Assembly (NCBI GenBank): GCA_050011215.1
Contig: JBEKJM010000003.1
Coordinates: 1,641 to 65,640 of the forward strand
Direction: 5' to 3'
Origin: Nitrososphaerales archaeon
GTDB taxonomy: Archaea > Thermoproteota > Nitrososphaeria > Nitrososphaerales > Gagatemarchaeaceae
DNA: 64,000 bases
The translations under genes were made by a program, and so were the position numbers. Shown in pieces: positions 34,805 to 43,507 of the stretch. Under the pieces are notes generated by a model. It had not been told where the DNA came from, made no database searches, and saw only the letters and a program-made list of their open reading frames with translations. How positions within the stretch are numbered: the first letter of the stretch is position 1; each line of letters opens with the position of its first letter.

Positions 34805-35838
34805 AGCGACTTCCCACGGGCAAGATCCCGATTGGGCTGCTGAAGTCGACGGTCCTCAGGATGACGGGGGCCCGGTCGGATGCCATCGTCACGCCGCCCG
34901 AGGCAGGGCTGGACTTCGCCGCCATCAAGCTGGACAGCGGGTACATGGTCGTGTCTGCAGACCCAATCACCGGGGTTTCGGAGGACATCGGGCACTACGC
35001 CATCGACGTCAGCGCCAATGACGTGGCCACCAGTGGGAACAGGCCTCAGTTCGCGGAGTCGGTCGTGCTGCTGCCTGAAGGATCATCTGCGAAGGACGTC
35101 GGAGAAGTGGCCAGACAGATGCACAGGGAGGCAAGGAATCTAGGGATAGCGATAGTGGGAGGTCACACCGAGGTCACCCCAGGCTTAGGGTTTCCCATAG
35201 TTGCTGCGACTGTGTTCAGCTTCGTCGAGAGCTACGTCTCCTCTCGAGACGCGCGAGTCGGAGACGTCATCATGATGACGAAGTCTGCTGGCATAGAAGG
35301 AACCGCGGCCCTAGCCCAGCATGGCAGCCTGAGCGGAAGGGTCCCGGCGGGTGCCACTCTGAGAGCGCGCGGCTTCCGCGCGAGGCTGAGCGTCGTCGAA
35401 GACTCGGTCGCCGCATTCCAGACCGGATTCGTCCGTGCGATGCACGACTGCACGGAGGGCGGGGTCCTCGGCGCGGTCTTCGAGATGTCTCTGGCATCGG
35501 ATCTGGGGTTCATTCTGAGAGAAGGTGCTGTTCCTGTGGCCAAAGAGACGCGCCTAATCTGCGAGGCGCTCTCCCTCGATCCCCTGAAATTGATCGGGTC
35601 GGGCTCAGTCCTCCTTTCTGTGAAGAAGGGAAGGGAGGGTCGCGTGGTGAAGGCTCTAGAACCGGTCTGCAAAGTGACGACCATAGGGGAGTTCACCGAG
35701 AAGAGCAGAGTCCTGGTCAAGAAAGATGGCGGAGAGGAAACTGTGCGCACGGCTCCCGAAGACGAACTGTGGCGCGCTTGGCCAGCGCATCTGAGGACGT
35801 CGCCTCGACCGGGACTCCGCGACTCGAGGAATTGGTAG
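34801..35838 (+). CDS. AIR-synthase-related (PurM/HypE/ThiL superfamily) protein
   Basis: VVSADPITG..., YAIDVSANDVATSG, VGGHTEV and MHDCTEGG motifs. 4-nt overlap with the upstream S-component gene. Confidence 0.7.
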   Translation: MKRLPTGKIPIGLLKSTVLRMTGARSDAIVTPPEAGLDFAAIKLDSGYMVVSADPITGVSEDIGHYAIDVSANDVATSGNRPQFAESVVLLPEGSSAKDVGEVARQMHREARNLGIAIVGGHTEVTPGLGFPIVAATVFSFVESYVSSRDARVGDVIMMTKSAGIEGTAALAQHGSLSGRVPAGATLRARGFRARLSVVEDSVAAFQTGFVRAMHDCTEGGVLGAVFEMSLASDLGFILREGAVPVAKETRLICEALSLDPLKLIGSGSVLLSVKKGREGRVVKALEPVCKVTTIGEFTEKSRVLVKKDGGEETVRTAPEDELWRAWPAHLRTSPRPGLRDSRNW

Positions 35839-35839
35839 C

Positions 35840-37339
35840 CTACTCGACCCAAGAGAACTTCTTCTGCATCGACTTGCTGTAGATCCTGGCCCAGTCGAGT
35901 CCGACCTCGTCGCACCACGACTTGTAGACCCTGGGGTCTATGTAGTTCTTCAGCGATGTGTTGAGATTGTAGTTCTTCGTCCTCTTGAAGAAGTCCAGCT
36001 CCATCTCGAGCTTCCTCACCTTCTTGTCGCTTGACCCAGCGGTCTTCGCCTCATGGAGCCTCTGTTCCTTCTTCTCCAAGGACTGTTCCCAAGTCTTCGG
36101 AGGGGTCCTCTGATGGTTGCAGAATTCCGCCGCCTTAAGGTTGGCTTCCTTTGCGTGGTACAGCTTGTCAAGGTCTTCGGCGTCTCTGAGGTCACTCGAA
36201 CGGAGCGCCTCTTCTGCCTTCGCAGTGGCGTGGTACGTCCTGAAGACCTTTGCAGATAGGCTTGGGACAATCGACGAGAGAAACTCATTCACCATTCTGG
36301 AGCTGACATCGTGAAAGACTTCGGCCTCGGGCTCTTTGCCCGCGGTGAATTCGCGGAGGTTCCTGACGACTGCGGGTGGAGGGCTGTCCTTCTTGTTCCA
36401 AGGAACGCTGTCCTTGCCGAGAAAGTTGAACTCAACGTCGTTTCCCTTCACTGTCACGTGTTCGACCCTGAGGGTGCTTGCGCCTACGGTGTCCGCCTCG
36501 TCCTCGTCTTTCTCGTCTCCGACCCTCATCCCCAGGGTGTCTATGAGGTAGCAGACGGTCGCCACCTGACGAGCCCGCTCGTCCTTGGAATCGAGACCCT
36601 TGAGAATCCTAGCCCTTATTCGCTGGAGGTTCTTCCCGACTTTGAGCGCTTTGTCATACTTCGCCTTGTTTCGGGACTGCTGCAGAGGAGAACTTTCGTG
36701 CAGCCAGACGTACTTCTCCCTGTCTGTCAGCTTGTCGATCCACTTGGCCATCCACATCGAGCCATGGTCGTGTACCACTGCCCCCCACTCGCCAGGCGGA
36801 ATCTGAGCTGACTCCCCGAGGTTCAGCGTCACATCCTTCTGTTGGACCCTCGGCTTCCACCTCCCTCTTAGCGGGTGCTGCCCCCTTCCCATGAAGAGCC
36901 CAGGGGGTTCAACCATCCAGTTGGCGAAGTCCACCTCCTTTCCGTCGAGGAGCGCTCGTCCATATCGAACCTTCAGGGCCTCCTTCCGTTCCTTGCGAGA
37001 GGCGGCCAGCGTCTTCTTTTCATCCTTGCCCATCGCCTCCTTCTGGGCCCTCTCTTCGTCCACGACACGGAAAAGCTCGGAGAAGTCGACGTCGGAAAAC
37101 TTGGCGCCTCTGGACCAGTCCGGAAGCTGCCCAGCGAAGTCGAGCATGAAGTTGGCCGTGAAGACCGGGTCCTTGATGTAGGGAGTGTCCTTCTTCTTGG
37201 CGAGGTTGTACGCCATCTCCTCGGCCAGCGGCGACAGGGAGGCGAGCCTCCCCTTGACCTTCACGGACAGGCCTCGCGGGGAATAGACATCAGGAAAGTT
37301 GACCCCGTTGTGCGAAAGGGTGGTCCAGTAAGCAGTCAT
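35840..37339 (-). CDS. eukaryote-type DNA topoisomerase IB
   Basis: WTTLSHNGVNFP, GLFMGRGQHP, CYLIDTLGMRVGDEKDEDEADTVGASTLRVEHV, FRTYHAT and the active-site region TSLKNYIDPRV (cf. eukaryotic SKxNYxDPR). ATG 37339 is chosen from TATA spacing. Confidence 0.85.
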   Translation of the reverse strand: MTAYWTTLSHNGVNFPDVYSPRGLSVKVKGRLASLSPLAEEMAYNLAKKKDTPYIKDPVFTANFMLDFAGQLPDWSRGAKFSDVDFSELFRVVDEERAQKEAMGKDEKKTLAASRKERKEALKVRYGRALLDGKEVDFANWMVEPPGLFMGRGQHPLRGRWKPRVQQKDVTLNLGESAQIPPGEWGAVVHDHGSMWMAKWIDKLTDREKYVWLHESSPLQQSRNKAKYDKALKVGKNLQRIRARILKGLDSKDERARQVATVCYLIDTLGMRVGDEKDEDEADTVGASTLRVEHVTVKGNDVEFNFLGKDSVPWNKKDSPPPAVVRNLREFTAGKEPEAEVFHDVSSRMVNEFLSSIVPSLSAKVFRTYHATAKAEEALRSSDLRDAEDLDKLYHAKEANLKAAEFCNHQRTPPKTWEQSLEKKEQRLHEAKTAGSSDKKVRKLEMELDFFKRTKNYNLNTSLKNYIDPRVYKSWCDEVGLDWARIYSKSMQKKFSWVE

Positions 37340-37369
37340 GAATCGGCTGGGCCTAGCCCCCCTCGCACG

Positions 37370-37377
37370 TATATAAG
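37370..37377 (-). promoter_or_regulatory. TATA box of the topoisomerase IB gene
   Basis: The minus strand reads TTTTTCTTATATAC, centred ~34 nt upstream of ATG 37339 (leader of ~8 nt). Confidence 0.5.
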
Positions 37378-37461
37378 AAAAATGGCTGTCGCCCCATGCG
37401 ACTCCCTGCATCCCGACAACGGATTAATACGCTAGGGAGCCGGCGCTGCGATGCATCTCCC

Positions 37462-38187
37462 ATGTGGCTTGACTTCGAAAGAATGAAGACCCCTACCCTA
37501 AGGAACCCGGCGATGGTAGTCGCCGTCTCCACCTCGCTTCAGCAGTACAGGGCAATGTACTCCCAGGCGCGAGAGTTGGGCGACTACTTGCTCAGGAGGA
37601 TGAAGTTCGAGCGCATCGCGACAATCCGCGCGTCCGCATTCCCGCCCGAAGTCATTGTCAGGGACGGGGGCATCTCTTCCCTGCCCGAATGCCATTTCCA
37701 TCTGAACAGAGAGAAAAGAGACTTGGTCCTCTTCACAGGCGACACAAGCCCCGTGGACGGGCAATACGAATTTGCAATGACCTTCCTCGACTACGCCGAG
37801 GAGCTCGGCGTGAAGGAACTGTACTCCGTGGGGACAAGGTGGACGGAGAACCCCCTCCCTCCAGGCACTGAGCCCGAGCCCAATGGGTTCTCCACTGACC
37901 GCGTCGGAGTCGTGAAGCTGAAGAAGAACGGAGTCAAGATCATAACAGAAGAACCGGCTCCCTTCTTCGCGTCGATGGTCGTCGGCATGGCCAAGGAGCG
38001 CGGGATTAGGGGATACAAACTGTCCGTCGACCACGGAGAGCCGAGTCCGCACTCCCGGTCGGTGGCCAGGCTGCTCGGTGTGCTTTCGACCATGGCAGGC
38101 TTTCAGGTCCAGCTCGAGGAACAGAAAGCGAGTTCAGAGCCTTCTTCGCCGCCAAAACAGGCCAGGGACAGCGCAATCTATCGGTGA
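37462..38187 (+). CDS. PAC2-family protein (proteasome assembly chaperone-like)
   Basis: LRNPAMVVAVS..., LVLFTGDTSP and APFFASMVVGMAKERGI are PAC2-like. ATG 37462 has TATA ATTAATAC (37423-37430) ~35 nt upstream. The track start 37396 is less likely. Confidence 0.65.
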   Translation: MWLDFERMKTPTLRNPAMVVAVSTSLQQYRAMYSQARELGDYLLRRMKFERIATIRASAFPPEVIVRDGGISSLPECHFHLNREKRDLVLFTGDTSPVDGQYEFAMTFLDYAEELGVKELYSVGTRWTENPLPPGTEPEPNGFSTDRVGVVKLKKNGVKIITEEPAPFFASMVVGMAKERGIRGYKLSVDHGEPSPHSRSVARLLGVLSTMAGFQVQLEEQKASSEPSSPPKQARDSAIYR

Positions 38188-38323
38188 CGGAATCCATTGG
38201 ATGTGTAGGCGATGGTGTCCGCCTCTCTGTCGCAGCAATCAAGCGCTGGTGTTATCGTTGCAATGACAGGTCAAACAGCAGCGGCCGCCGTACTCGAGTG
38301 GCCTGCCGAAGCGCCTGGGAGTC

Positions 38324-39997
38324 CTAGGTTCCCGTGATAGGCTGCATCAGGAGAGGTTCCCCAAGCTCGCCTGCAACGCATCCGCAACCGGCAGCGTGAT
38401 TTCCCCGTCTTAGAGTTCCCCTGTAGAGGTCGTCTTCCAGCTTCTTGCCGGTCTTGGCTTCCCATGCCTCGACGGGCATGCCGTATTTCTGTTGAATCCT
38501 GTCACGGTACCATTCTGGGAGGACATTGAAGCTGCAGAATGGAATTATCCTCAAGTCAGGTGTAAGGTAGTGGATGTCGCATCTCTGCACCCTCTCCTCA
38601 TCCTGATTGTACTTGTCCTGGAAGTGCATCATTCCAAGGAACATGCTCTTCAAGTGGAACTGGCCCACTGACGAGTAGTCGTGCTTGACCAGCGCGTCCG
38701 TCAACAGCTTCGCAAAACTCAGGCCCTTGGGCTGTTTTTCTTTGTTGACGAAGGACGATATCCTGGTCAGGATCTTGGCGGCAACCAGATAGCGGTTGGT
38801 TCCAGAGTTGATCTCTTCGGCCTTCTCGTCGAGGTATTCTATCATCCCAGGGATGTCAACGAACTCAGGCAATGGGACGAGCCTCTTCCTGTCGGGGTCG
38901 TTGAAGACATAGGTTCCTGCGCCGCACGCAAAGTGTATCGAAAGCTCGTACTGGTCCTTCTTGGTGAATGCTTCGATGAACCCAGTCACGGGTGAGCAGG
39001 ACGGCACGGGGAACCAGCTTTCCTTCGGGATTTCTCCATTGGTCTGTTCCTCGACCCTCTCGATGCAGTCAGGGATCGTAATCCTGTACTTCGCCCGCTC
39101 GCCCTTCGTGAGTCTTCCCGTCAGCGAGACAGGCTGGAAGTTCACCGCGTGGACTGTGTCGATGTTCCTGTGACCGAAGCGTATTATGTCGCCCAGCTCA
39201 TGGTCATTAATCGACTTGATGATGGTCGGTACGAGGACGACGCCGAGCCCCTGTCTCCGGCAGGCGTCTATAGCGTATGGGGCCTCCCAGTGGTTCTTCG
39301 GGTTGGTCTTCGGGGTCGTCCCGTCGAAGCTCATGTAGAGGTTTGAGACCCCGGCTTCCCTCAGTCTCTTGGCGAGGCCCTGGTCCAGAGCCAGGTTGAT
39401 GCCATTGGTGTTCAGCTGGATGTGGTCTACTCCCTCCTCCTTCAGAATCCTAACGATGGCCGGCAGGTCCTCCCTCAGCGTTGGTTCGCCGCCTGTGATC
39501 TGGACGGAGTTCCCGGGGACCGGTCTTTCTGCTTTCAACGAGCGGCCCATCTCCCTGATCTGGTCCAGCGTCGGCTCGTAGACGTAGGCTCCTTCGAGCC
39601 CCTTCTTGACATAGAAGAAGCAGTACCAGCAGGTCAGGTCGCATCTGTTGGTGACTGTGACGTTGGAGAGCCCGGTATGAGACAGGTGACTGGAACAGAG
39701 GCCGCAGTTCGCAGGGCATGAGCAGACGTCCAGAGGCACGTTGGCCGCGTGGGCGCTCCTCCCATCCTTCCAATAGCGCGAGAACCTGCTGTACATTTCG
39801 TATGACCCGAAGTAGAGCTCCTCAGTCTCGCCGTGCTCGGGGCAGGTCTTCGTCATCCAGACCTTGTCGTCTCGCTCGAAGACGATCGCGGGAAGGATGC
39901 GGTTACAGTCAGGACAGATCGACTGAGTCTGTCGGATGAGATTCCCTTTCGAAATCTCTTTCTTGAGTTCTAGACTAACGTCTGCGATTTGAGTCAT
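38324..39997 (-). CDS. radical SAM enzyme with N-terminal Cys-rich domains; candidate tetraether lipid synthase (Tes/GDGT-MAS-like)
   Basis: CPDC..CPEH ribbon, CSCPANCGLC cluster and the radical-SAM motif CDLTCWYC with ITGGEPTL. The Tes assignment is from remembered family architecture only. Confidence 0.6.
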   Translation of the reverse strand: MTQIADVSLELKKEISKGNLIRQTQSICPDCNRILPAIVFERDDKVWMTKTCPEHGETEELYFGSYEMYSRFSRYWKDGRSAHAANVPLDVCSCPANCGLCSSHLSHTGLSNVTVTNRCDLTCWYCFFYVKKGLEGAYVYEPTLDQIREMGRSLKAERPVPGNSVQITGGEPTLREDLPAIVRILKEEGVDHIQLNTNGINLALDQGLAKRLREAGVSNLYMSFDGTTPKTNPKNHWEAPYAIDACRRQGLGVVLVPTIIKSINDHELGDIIRFGHRNIDTVHAVNFQPVSLTGRLTKGERAKYRITIPDCIERVEEQTNGEIPKESWFPVPSCSPVTGFIEAFTKKDQYELSIHFACGAGTYVFNDPDRKRLVPLPEFVDIPGMIEYLDEKAEEINSGTNRYLVAAKILTRISSFVNKEKQPKGLSFAKLLTDALVKHDYSSVGQFHLKSMFLGMMHFQDKYNQDEERVQRCDIHYLTPDLRIIPFCSFNVLPEWYRDRIQQKYGMPVEAWEAKTGKKLEDDLYRGTLRRGNHAAGCGCVAGELGEPLLMQPITGT

Positions 39998-40279
39998 TGG
40001 AAAGCGCTCGTCAATGTCCTTGCCGCGGTAACCATATAAGCATTTTAACTTTACAGAGGGTGAAAGGTTAAGACGTGGGTTAGCTCTTCATCGGCCCTGA
40101 GAGACCCCGTTGAATCCCTTCTGCCGCGATGGCAGGCCGGCCGGGCCTGAGGACGAGATGGTTGTTGCTTGCCTTTCATCTGAAGCGCGCCTGACGCCAT
40201 CGTCAGCTTGTCATTGGTACAGGCAATTGACTCCCGTGCCGAAGGATAGTCCTCTGTCTGGCTTCAAGGGAGGGCGGCG

Positions 40280-41101
40280 GTGCAACCTCGAAGCACTGCC
40301 CACAGAAGAGGGTCGAATGGGGGGACCGTCCAGCAATTGAGCCTGAGTGACGCTGCGGGAGCGGCTCTCGTAGCCCTTGGTCTTACTGGCAGCGAGGTCA
40401 AGGCATACGTCGCGCTTCTGAAGGGCGGAACGATGACAGCGAGTGAGGTAAGCAGGGAGGCGAGGATACCCTACTCGAAGGTGTACGTAGCGCTCGAGTC
40501 GCTGCACGAAAAGGGGTGGGTCGAGGAACAGAAGAGTAGGCCAATCGTCTATACCGCCAAGCCTCCCGACACCGCACTCGATGGACTGAGGTCGAGGCAG
40601 GAGACGGCTAGAAGGGAAAAGGAACAGATGGCGCTAGAGGAGCTGATGGGAATCTATGTCAGTCGGGGTGAGCAAGAGAAGCCGGACATCTGGATAATGA
40701 GGGGCACGAATGAGATTCTGTCGAGGGTGAAGAACCTCCTCCTGAACTGCAGGACAGAACTCCTGATCGCGCTCCCGCCCCAGTTGCTGCCTTTTATCGA
40801 GAGAATCGAGCCCTTGCTGGCCGCCCTGAAGGAGAAGGGGGTCAAGAGCCTGATACTCACCTCGCCTGAAATCGCGGGAGAAGTGGCTGAAAAGCTGTCA
40901 AGGTCCGCCGAAATCAGGACAAGAAAGACGATGTACGGAGGAGGCCTCGTCTCTGACTCCAGAGAGGTTGTCCTCCTGTTGGGTGGAGGGGAGCAGGGAA
41001 CCCTGCCGCTCGCAATCTGGGCCTCACATCACGGATTGGCGAGTTACGCCAAGGATTACTTCGAGTTCCTCTGGAATTCGCAAGGGACTTCCAAGGTCTG
41101 A
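40280..41101 (+). CDS. TrmB-family transcriptional regulator
   Basis: LGLTGSEVKAYVALLKGGTMTASEVSREARIPYSKVYVALESLHEKGWV followed by a TrmB C-domain-like region. Start uncertain. Confidence 0.75.
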   Translation: MQPRSTAHRRGSNGGTVQQLSLSDAAGAALVALGLTGSEVKAYVALLKGGTMTASEVSREARIPYSKVYVALESLHEKGWVEEQKSRPIVYTAKPPDTALDGLRSRQETARREKEQMALEELMGIYVSRGEQEKPDIWIMRGTNEILSRVKNLLLNCRTELLIALPPQLLPFIERIEPLLAALKEKGVKSLILTSPEIAGEVAEKLSRSAEIRTRKTMYGGGLVSDSREVVLLLGGGEQGTLPLAIWASHHGLASYAKDYFEFLWNSQGTSKV

Positions 41102-41269
41102 AGACGGCATTGGGCCCAGGTCTCACCGTCTCCTGAGGGACGAGGGGGGAATCGTCAGACTCTCGGGACCCAAGTACGCCTGTCGAAGAACGAGCTGACA
41201 CTTGAGCTGATTCCCGTCGACAAAGCCGCAACGGAGAAAAGGGCGGACGAGAGGGGCACGTAGGAAAGC

Positions 41270-41689
41270 TTGAGCGATTGCCCCCACGAAATCGTGTTCA
41301 TAGGAATGGTGAACGTCAACAGGGACAACTACCTCCAGGGGGTCGTCGACGTCTGGAGGTGCAGGAAGTGCAAGACGCTCTATTGCGACGACAGGCGGTA
41401 CGGAGAGAACCTGAAGGCGAGCGTAGGCTTCGAGTCGATTCCTGACGACGAAAAGTGGGGCATCTTGACTTGCACGACGGTCAAAGAAGTCGCGATGAAC
41501 AGTCTGGGAGTAAAACCAGGGAAGAAGGTTACCCATTCCTGTAGGAACGGAGAGACGCACGAGTTCATAGTTGGTGAGGACTACTCCCTCACTCCAGAGG
41601 TCGCCAATCCGATCCACAGGCTCTACCTCGTTGAGGAGCACGTCAACAAGAACATTGAAGCAGGATACTACAGGCTGACGCTGCGATAG
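41270..41689 (+). CDS. hypothetical Cys-containing protein
   Basis: 139 aa with a CPHE...CRKC pair. No family recognised. Confidence 0.45.
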   Translation: MSDCPHEIVFIGMVNVNRDNYLQGVVDVWRCRKCKTLYCDDRRYGENLKASVGFESIPDDEKWGILTCTTVKEVAMNSLGVKPGKKVTHSCRNGETHEFIVGEDYSLTPEVANPIHRLYLVEEHVNKNIEAGYYRLTLR

Positions 41690-41691
41690 AC

Positions 41692-42063
41692 TTGGTCGGG
41701 ATCGCTACCTTTGCTGCCGGCGCTGGGATACTGGCAGGTCTGTTGACAGCCGGAGCATGGTTCTCCGGACTCGCCCCCCTTCGTCCTGTCTGGGCGACGC
41801 TAACGCTGGCGGTGGCGATTGCTCTGGTCTTCGATTCATTGGTAGCCCTCATTGGACCGAAGAGGATCTTCTACGTCTCAGCCCTGCTTTCGGCTCTGCT
41901 GGCTGGGTCGGAATGGCTCGGCTCGGGCTCTGACGCGACAGCCGCCAACCCTCTGGTCATAGCGATAGCAGGCGTCACGCTGGTTCTGAGCATCGTTGCG
42001 GCAAGATACGAGCCCGAGATCTCTGAGCAGTCCCACCCCCTGAACCTCCCGATCTTCGGCTAG
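41692..42063 (+). CDS. hypothetical 4-TM membrane protein
   Basis: 123 aa, almost entirely hydrophobic helices. Starts 3 nt after the upstream stop. Confidence 0.45.
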   Translation: MVGIATFAAGAGILAGLLTAGAWFSGLAPLRPVWATLTLAVAIALVFDSLVALIGPKRIFYVSALLSALLAGSEWLGSGSDATAANPLVIAIAGVTLVLSIVAARYEPEISEQSHPLNLPIFG

Positions 42064-42424
42064 ATCCTGAAGACTTCGAACCGAGGTAGGAGGGTCAGAT
42101 TCAGTCGCGCGAGCGGAGCGGAAGGCAAAGAAAAGGGGAGAAGCCAGTTTGTGGTTGGGCTTTGTTTGGTGGGTTCCCGACTCAAGATCTTTCTCATTGT
42201 GTTCAATCGGGCTAATCCGGTCATCACCCACCATGGCGGGCTGTTGGTGGCTTTCGTTAAAGTCTTGAGTTGAGAGAAAGGGCTCTCGCGCTGGCGGGAG
42301 ATCTCATGCTGTTGTGCTGTCCATCTTGAGCAGGAGAACCACCATCTGCCCAGAAATCGAATGGGAATAGGACAGGAATCAGTTTATAACCACTAAGCCG
42401 TTCGAGGGGCTTCGGCGTGGGGAT

Positions 42425-42889
42425 TTGGTAGAGCTCGACCTGACCTGCAACCTCGAAGGTTTCCGCAGGTTCCTGATCAACAGCACATGCAGGAGCTACA
42501 TCCCCGAATCCTATTTTCGCGACCCGGAAGTCTTCCCCGAAAAGGAGGGAGATCAGGGATCGATCTATGTCGAGGCCGTCGACAAGGTGGACCTGAAGAA
42601 GATCAGAGACGTGAAGTTCATCAACGCCCGCGACGTTCTGGGGATAATCTATACGTCAAAGAGCGGGAACACGAAGTTGAAGTGGAGGCAGTTGAGAGGA
42701 AGAATCGGCAGGATGTCAGGGGAGGCTTCCGGAAACTCGCTAGGGAACTTGGTGATGGCGCGCGTACTCTCGCCGGACGATGTAGAGGAGATAGTCGCAA
42801 GCCAGCGGACCGAGGGCGGAACCCAACAACAGGAGGAGCTCACCCCCGAGGAAGGGAACCAGCCTCAGCCAGACCTCACTTCAGAGTAG
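42425..42889 (+). CDS. hypothetical protein with acidic/Gln-rich tail
   Basis: 154 aa. TATA TTTATAA (42383-42389) lies ~39 nt upstream of the TTG start. Confidence 0.45.
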   Translation: MVELDLTCNLEGFRRFLINSTCRSYIPESYFRDPEVFPEKEGDQGSIYVEAVDKVDLKKIRDVKFINARDVLGIIYTSKSGNTKLKWRQLRGRIGRMSGEASGNSLGNLVMARVLSPDDVEEIVASQRTEGGTQQQEELTPEEGNQPQPDLTSE

Positions 42890-42967
42890 ATCAGATTCTA
42901 GCAAGAAGGCAGTCCGCAGACGCATCATCCGCTTAGTTTATAGTGGGCAGGCCTCTGGTTCGGACTG

Positions 42968-43303
42968 ATGGGCAAGGTAAAGGTCAACAGGATAAGCAGT
43001 GTGACCGACCCCCTGACCGGGCTTCCGGCAAAGCAAATCGAATTGATTGAGGTTCGTGATTCGCGCAGGCCAGAGATGTTTCCTGCCAGCGACGAGGGAA
43101 GGGCGATCCAGGGGATGGTGTCCCAATTGCAGTCGATGGGCCTGATGCCCCAAATGAGAGAGTTCGGGTTCTCCAAGGTGATAATGACCCTCACGGAATC
43201 CGAGTACGACATGCTCGGCATCCGCCTTGATGTCAATGAGTTCTACGAACTCGAAATCAAGAATGGGTCGCTTTCGCTAAAGAAGATGACGGAAGGCACC
43301 TGA
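42968..43303 (+). CDS. hypothetical protein
   Basis: 111 aa. TATA TTTATAG (42937-42943) is centred 28 nt upstream of the ATG (leaderless spacing). Confidence 0.5.
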   Translation: MGKVKVNRISSVTDPLTGLPAKQIELIEVRDSRRPEMFPASDEGRAIQGMVSQLQSMGLMPQMREFGFSKVIMTLTESEYDMLGIRLDVNEFYELEIKNGSLSLKKMTEGT

Positions 43304-43390
43304 AGGACGTACTTACCGAGAGCTCGCGTGAAGCCAATGAGCGGGAAGATCAAGGAAGAGGATACGGCGTCCAACTTCGATGGGCTACAC

Positions 43391-43415
43391 CACACACACG
43401 CGCGCGCGCGCGCGC
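43391..43415. repeat. alternating pyrimidine-purine tract (CA)4(CG)8C
   Basis: Length derived from two overlapping track ORF translations (..ERARARVCVV, ..SARARACVWC). Lies ~45 nt upstream of the TATA box of the ABC operon. Confidence 0.8.
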
Positions 43416-43507
43416 TCCAGCCCAGCATCTTGGGCGGGTTGATTCTGTACCAGTCCATCCTTATTTATTGGCATAGCCGCGCGTCCTGAGAACTCGATTC
43501 CCTGCCC

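Noticed and set aside
37396-37461. Earlier ATG (37396) as the start of the PAC2-family gene.
   Set aside because: It lies only ~22 nt from the centre of the shared TATA (37370-37377), probably upstream of any TSS. ATG 37462 has its own TATA (37423-37430) and gives the family-typical N-terminus.
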